A stretch of 10,329 bases of DNA from Polyangiaceae bacterium (lineage in GTDB: Bacteria > Myxococcota_A > Polyangia > Polyangiales > Polyangiaceae). Location of the stretch: the NCBI GenBank assembly GCA_050287085.1, contig JBNKBE010000041.1, positions 12,544 through 22,872 of the forward strand, in the 5' to 3' direction. Position numbers and translations under genes: made by a program. This document shows positions 7,397-10,329 of this stretch, piece by piece (positions within the stretch are counted from its first letter, which is position 1; each line of letters opens with the position of its first letter). The notes under the pieces were generated by a model. The model saw only the letters and a program-made list of their open reading frames with translations. It was not told the DNA's origin and made no database searches.

Positions 7397-9163
7397 ATGA
7401 AGGCAGACTTACTTGAGCCGATCACTGCGGGGAACTTGGCGCGGCCGATCATTGCCGTTCTGGGCTGGCTCCGCTCCCGCCCCGATCAGACGGCGCGCTA
7501 TTTGGGTGCGACGCTGGCCCGAAGCGCCATCGAGACGCTCAAGATCGATCTGGTTCGCGATTTCTTGTCGGCCGTCCTGCTCGACGAGCACCGCTCGATG
7601 GGGACGGGTCCCCTATCGTGGTTCGAGCAGGAGCAGGTGCTCGCTGGCGTTGGGCTCCTGCTTTGCTTGAGCTATCTGATTGGGGGTTGGCTCAGCTGGC
7701 AAGTGCGAATCACCCGCGAGCGGCTTGCGCAAGGCCTGGAGGCAGCCACCTTAAACCGCCTCGTACGCCACCTGCTTGGCTTGTCGATGGGATTTTTTGA
7801 TCGTCAGCGTCCGGGTGAACTGCTTCAAGCGACGCGAGAGGACGTCAGCAAGCTCAGGGCCGTTTTGGGGTCTGTGACGGGGGTTTTCAACCACGGCCTC
7901 GTCTTGATCGGCCTCACCGGGGCGTTGATCTTCCTCAATGCTCGGCTGACCCTGTACGTGGCAATCGTCTTGCCGCTAACCCTTGTGCCCTTCTTGGTCG
8001 TCGCTGCGCGCGTTCGTGCTAAGTCCTTTGGGGAACGCGCCCGCAGTCATGCCGTCTTCGACAGTCTGTTGTTGATGCTGGGGGCCATGCGCGTCATCAA
8101 GACGTCGCGGCTGGAAGCGCGGCAATTCGAAGGGATCAGCACGGGGCTACTCGAGCACCATCGGTGGCAATTGGGGGCGCTTCGATTGCGCGAGGCTTCC
8201 TTGGCCATTTTGGAGGGCGTCGCCGGACTGAGCGTGGCCATGGTGGTCATGTTGGGTGGCTATCGGGTTTTGCACGGTGAACTGGGTTGGGCTGATTTCT
8301 TAGCCTACGTCATTGCGGTTCGAACCATGCACGGTCTGATCGATCGGATGAGCGCCGAACTCCTACAGATTCAAAGTTGTACGGCAGGCGTGCGGCGAAT
8401 TGCGGACCTGCTGAAAACTCGGTCAGACTTGGTCGTTCCGTCGAATCCCGTACGACTTGGCGCGCCCATACAACGCATCAAGCTTCGAGAGGTGGACTTT
8501 GGGTACGACGACTCCGTCTTGTTGCGAAGCGCGTCCATCGAGCTTTTGCGCGGGAGGACCTACGGCCTTGCGGGAGTTTCCGGGGCGGAAAAGACGACGC
8601 TGTTGGCGCTGCTTGCGCGGCTTTACGATCCCGTTGCGGGGTCCATCCAAGTCGATGGTGTCGATCTCCGGCAACTCGACTTGAACGACCTGTACGGTCG
8701 CGTGAGTCTCGTGGGCCAGACACCCTTTCTTTTCGACGACACCGTACGAAACAACATTCTGTGCGGTCTGCCTGACGGCAGCGACGCTGACGTCAAGTCC
8801 ATCGTTCGACAGGTCCAGCTACACGGGGATCTCGTTGCATTGCCCCAGGGATTGGAGACGCGTATTGGGGTTGGTGGCCGAGGACTGTCTGGGGGTCAGG
8901 CACAGCGCATCGAGCTCGCACGCGCACTCATCGCAGCACCTCAGGTACTCCTCTTGGATGAGGTAACCGCTGGGCTAGATGACGAGACGGAGCAGCGTAT
9001 TCTCGAATTCCTTAAGCTGGCTGCCGGGACGCGGATTACGGTTATTGCAAGTCATCGCAAGGCGGTGCTCGCCGCCTGTGACGCAATCATCAGCGTCAAA
9101 GACGGGCGTGTTTCCCTCCGTCCATCCGCGTGTGGTAGCCCAGCTCTTCCGGGCGCGCAATAG
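7397..9163 (+). CDS. ABC exporter, fused permease + ATPase (MsbA/type IV-like), with atypical Walker A
   Basis: N-terminal TMD with hydrophobic helices and a FFDRQRPGELL coupling motif. The NBD has GVSGAEKTT (8573-8599), Q-loop VGQTPFLF, LSGGQ (8885-8899), Walker B VLLLDE and H-loop IASHR. Confidence 0.92.
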   Translation: MKADLLEPITAGNLARPIIAVLGWLRSRPDQTARYLGATLARSAIETLKIDLVRDFLSAVLLDEHRSMGTGPLSWFEQEQVLAGVGLLLCLSYLIGGWLSWQVRITRERLAQGLEAATLNRLVRHLLGLSMGFFDRQRPGELLQATREDVSKLRAVLGSVTGVFNHGLVLIGLTGALIFLNARLTLYVAIVLPLTLVPFLVVAARVRAKSFGERARSHAVFDSLLLMLGAMRVIKTSRLEARQFEGISTGLLEHHRWQLGALRLREASLAILEGVAGLSVAMVVMLGGYRVLHGELGWADFLAYVIAVRTMHGLIDRMSAELLQIQSCTAGVRRIADLLKTRSDLVVPSNPVRLGAPIQRIKLREVDFGYDDSVLLRSASIELLRGRTYGLAGVSGAEKTTLLALLARLYDPVAGSIQVDGVDLRQLDLNDLYGRVSLVGQTPFLFDDTVRNNILCGLPDGSDADVKSIVRQVQLHGDLVALPQGLETRIGVGGRGLSGGQAQRIELARALIAAPQVLLLDEVTAGLDDETEQRILEFLKLAAGTRITVIASHRKAVLAACDAIISVKDGRVSLRPSACGSPALPGAQ

Positions 9164-9501
9164 CGGCCGCCGCTGTTTGCACCCAGGGGGGCGACACCTT
9201 ACCGGCGTCACCAGCACCCCGATCTCGCTCATCAGCTAGTGCGGGGGCTGGGCCGAGGTTGCGAAGGCGAGGAGGGCGGCGCTCCGCTTGATGGCGAAGC
9301 TCCGTCTCGCCCCGCATCCACCACCCGCCACACCAGGGACCCCGCTCGGTCAGCTGAGTCTGCGTCCTAGGCTCAACATCTCCGCAACGGTACCCGTTAG
9401 GCGCCCGTTTGTTCAAGGGCGAGGCTCGGACCAGGGCTTGTGAAAGGCGTTCTACTCACGGCTTAGCACATTGGCGAGCCCACAGGCTGTAGCCGGCGTC
9501 C

Positions 9502-10253
9502 CTACCGAATGGGGTGAAGCACCCGATCTACAGGGCCTCCCCAGAGCACTGTTCCGCCGTCGAACGGCAAGAAGGTGTTCTCGATCGGAGTGTCAATTGC
9601 GTCGGGATGAATCGCGGCCCGATACGTGTAGCCTTCGTCAGAGGTGCCGCCTTGTTCCAGGCTTACGACTCGGTCTGCTCGGATAAGCGCGGCCAGGCTT
9701 TGCTCTTCGCCGCGCTCGCCGGCGATCGTTTGAACATCAACAACGTCGTCTTCGGTGAAGGTGAACTCGTACTGGATCTCCTGACCGTCCTCGGTGAGTA
9801 CGTCGCTTCGCTAGGTGCCATGAAGCCAACTTGGAACTTCGATGGGCGGCAGTCTGTCCCGCAGGCGGGGTGGGGCAGGCGCGGACAGCCCGCCGTTTCG
9901 AATGGCTTCGCGCAGTTCAGCCATGCCGCTCTTGCCTTCAAACCACCGCACCTTTTGCAAGGCGAGTGGTTCGTCCTCCGTTCTTTCGGGGAGGCTATCG
10001 AGCATGACGTAGGTCGTCCAACTCTCGGCATAGTCCTCGTCACCGTCGGCGCGCTCCGCGTAGTCCGTAACGTAGTCTCCCGTCAACACTGGCGAGCCGT
10101 CTTCCGGGTAGCCTTCACCACTGCCGCGGCAGTCTTCGAAGGTATCAAGGAACTCCATCCAAGTACCGTCGAGCCACCCGCGAAGGTGCCCGAACTCGTG
10201 AACAAGACTCCAGTCGAATGTGCCTCGGCGTGGTTCCAACGGAGCGCAGACAT
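9502..10253 (-). pseudogene. Disrupted putative zinc metallopeptidase gene (5' truncated by the IS; internal TAG at 9813-9811)
   Basis: HEFGH (10200-10186), YVTDYA...EDYAESW (10038-10018) and QKVRWF motifs. The frame continues for 102 sense codons after the TAG (PSWLHGT*RSDVLTEDGQEIQYEFTFTEDD...VLHPIR*) to TAG 9504-9502. The ORF-track start (TTG 10284) lies inside the IS end. Confidence 0.8.
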
Positions 10254-10329
10254 TGAAGTTACCCCGGTTTGGTGGACACCCCAAAAGGGACTACAGGCCG
10301 AGGAAATCCACCAATGCAGCAACGAAAAT
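10254..10329 (+). mobile_element. IS3-family insertion sequence, left end (partial; runs off the right edge)
   Basis: TGAAGTTACCCCGGTTTGGTGGACACC (10254-10280) resembles IS3-family terminal IRs (5'-TG start, CCCCGG-TTT core, GGACAC). It is followed by GAGGA (10300-10304) and ATG (10314), and it coincides with loss of the peptidase reading frame. The right IR and target duplication are outside the window. Confidence 0.75.
10314..10329 (+). CDS. Probable start of IS3-family transposase OrfA (5 codons visible)
   Basis: RBS-like GAGGA, a 9-nt spacer, then ATG CAG CAA CGA AAA (MQQRK). The basic start and position 60 nt inside the IS end fit OrfA, but the stretch is too short to confirm. Confidence 0.5.

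Noticed and set aside
5943..9163. Canonical RTX toxin / type I secretion operon
   Set aside because: No MFP, TolC or acyltransferase is present; the ABC protein looks MsbA-like; the RTX protein has a Sec signal peptide and no pore-forming domain.
9164..9501. Terminator, sRNA or small ORF (9096-9416) between the convergent genes
   Set aside because: Only short or imperfect stems were found (e.g. AACGG-TAC-CCGTT) with no U-tract. The ORF translation is Arg/Pro-rich noise overlapping the ABC gene.
10254..10284. TTG 10284 as the true start of a 157-aa peptidase
   Set aside because: No RBS, an in-frame TAG three codons upstream, and these codons are the reverse complement of the IS end.
9811..10293. 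Amber recoding or readthrough (two in-frame TAGs in the peptidase frame)
   Set aside because: The upstream TAG is explained by IS sequence, TAG acts as the apparent stop at 9161-9163 and 9504-9502, and no recoding machinery is visible. A Trp nonsense mutation is simpler.

Overview
High-GC bacterial DNA; the motif repertoire suggests a myxobacterium (inference). Most of the window is a 2153-aa secreted mosaic protein (393-6854): Sec signal peptide, HExxH zinc-peptidase domain, vWA (MIDAS) domain with a CLCA-like beta-sandwich, TSP3 Ca-binding repeats, FN3/Ig/PKD modules, two HYR-like repeats, 15 RTX nonapeptides, a Cys-rich motif and a C-terminal CBM60-like module. It is followed on the same strand by a small membrane-anchored helical protein and an MsbA-like ABC exporter whose Walker A motif has Glu in place of the invariant Gly. 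Three features are missing from the ORF track: (i) the 5' end of a divergent lipoprotein gene at the left edge; (ii) a 102-codon in-frame continuation of the minus-strand zinc-peptidase gene past an internal TAG; (iii) a probable left end of an IS3-family element at 10254 that has truncated that peptidase gene. All family assignments come from reading motifs by eye; no database search was run.
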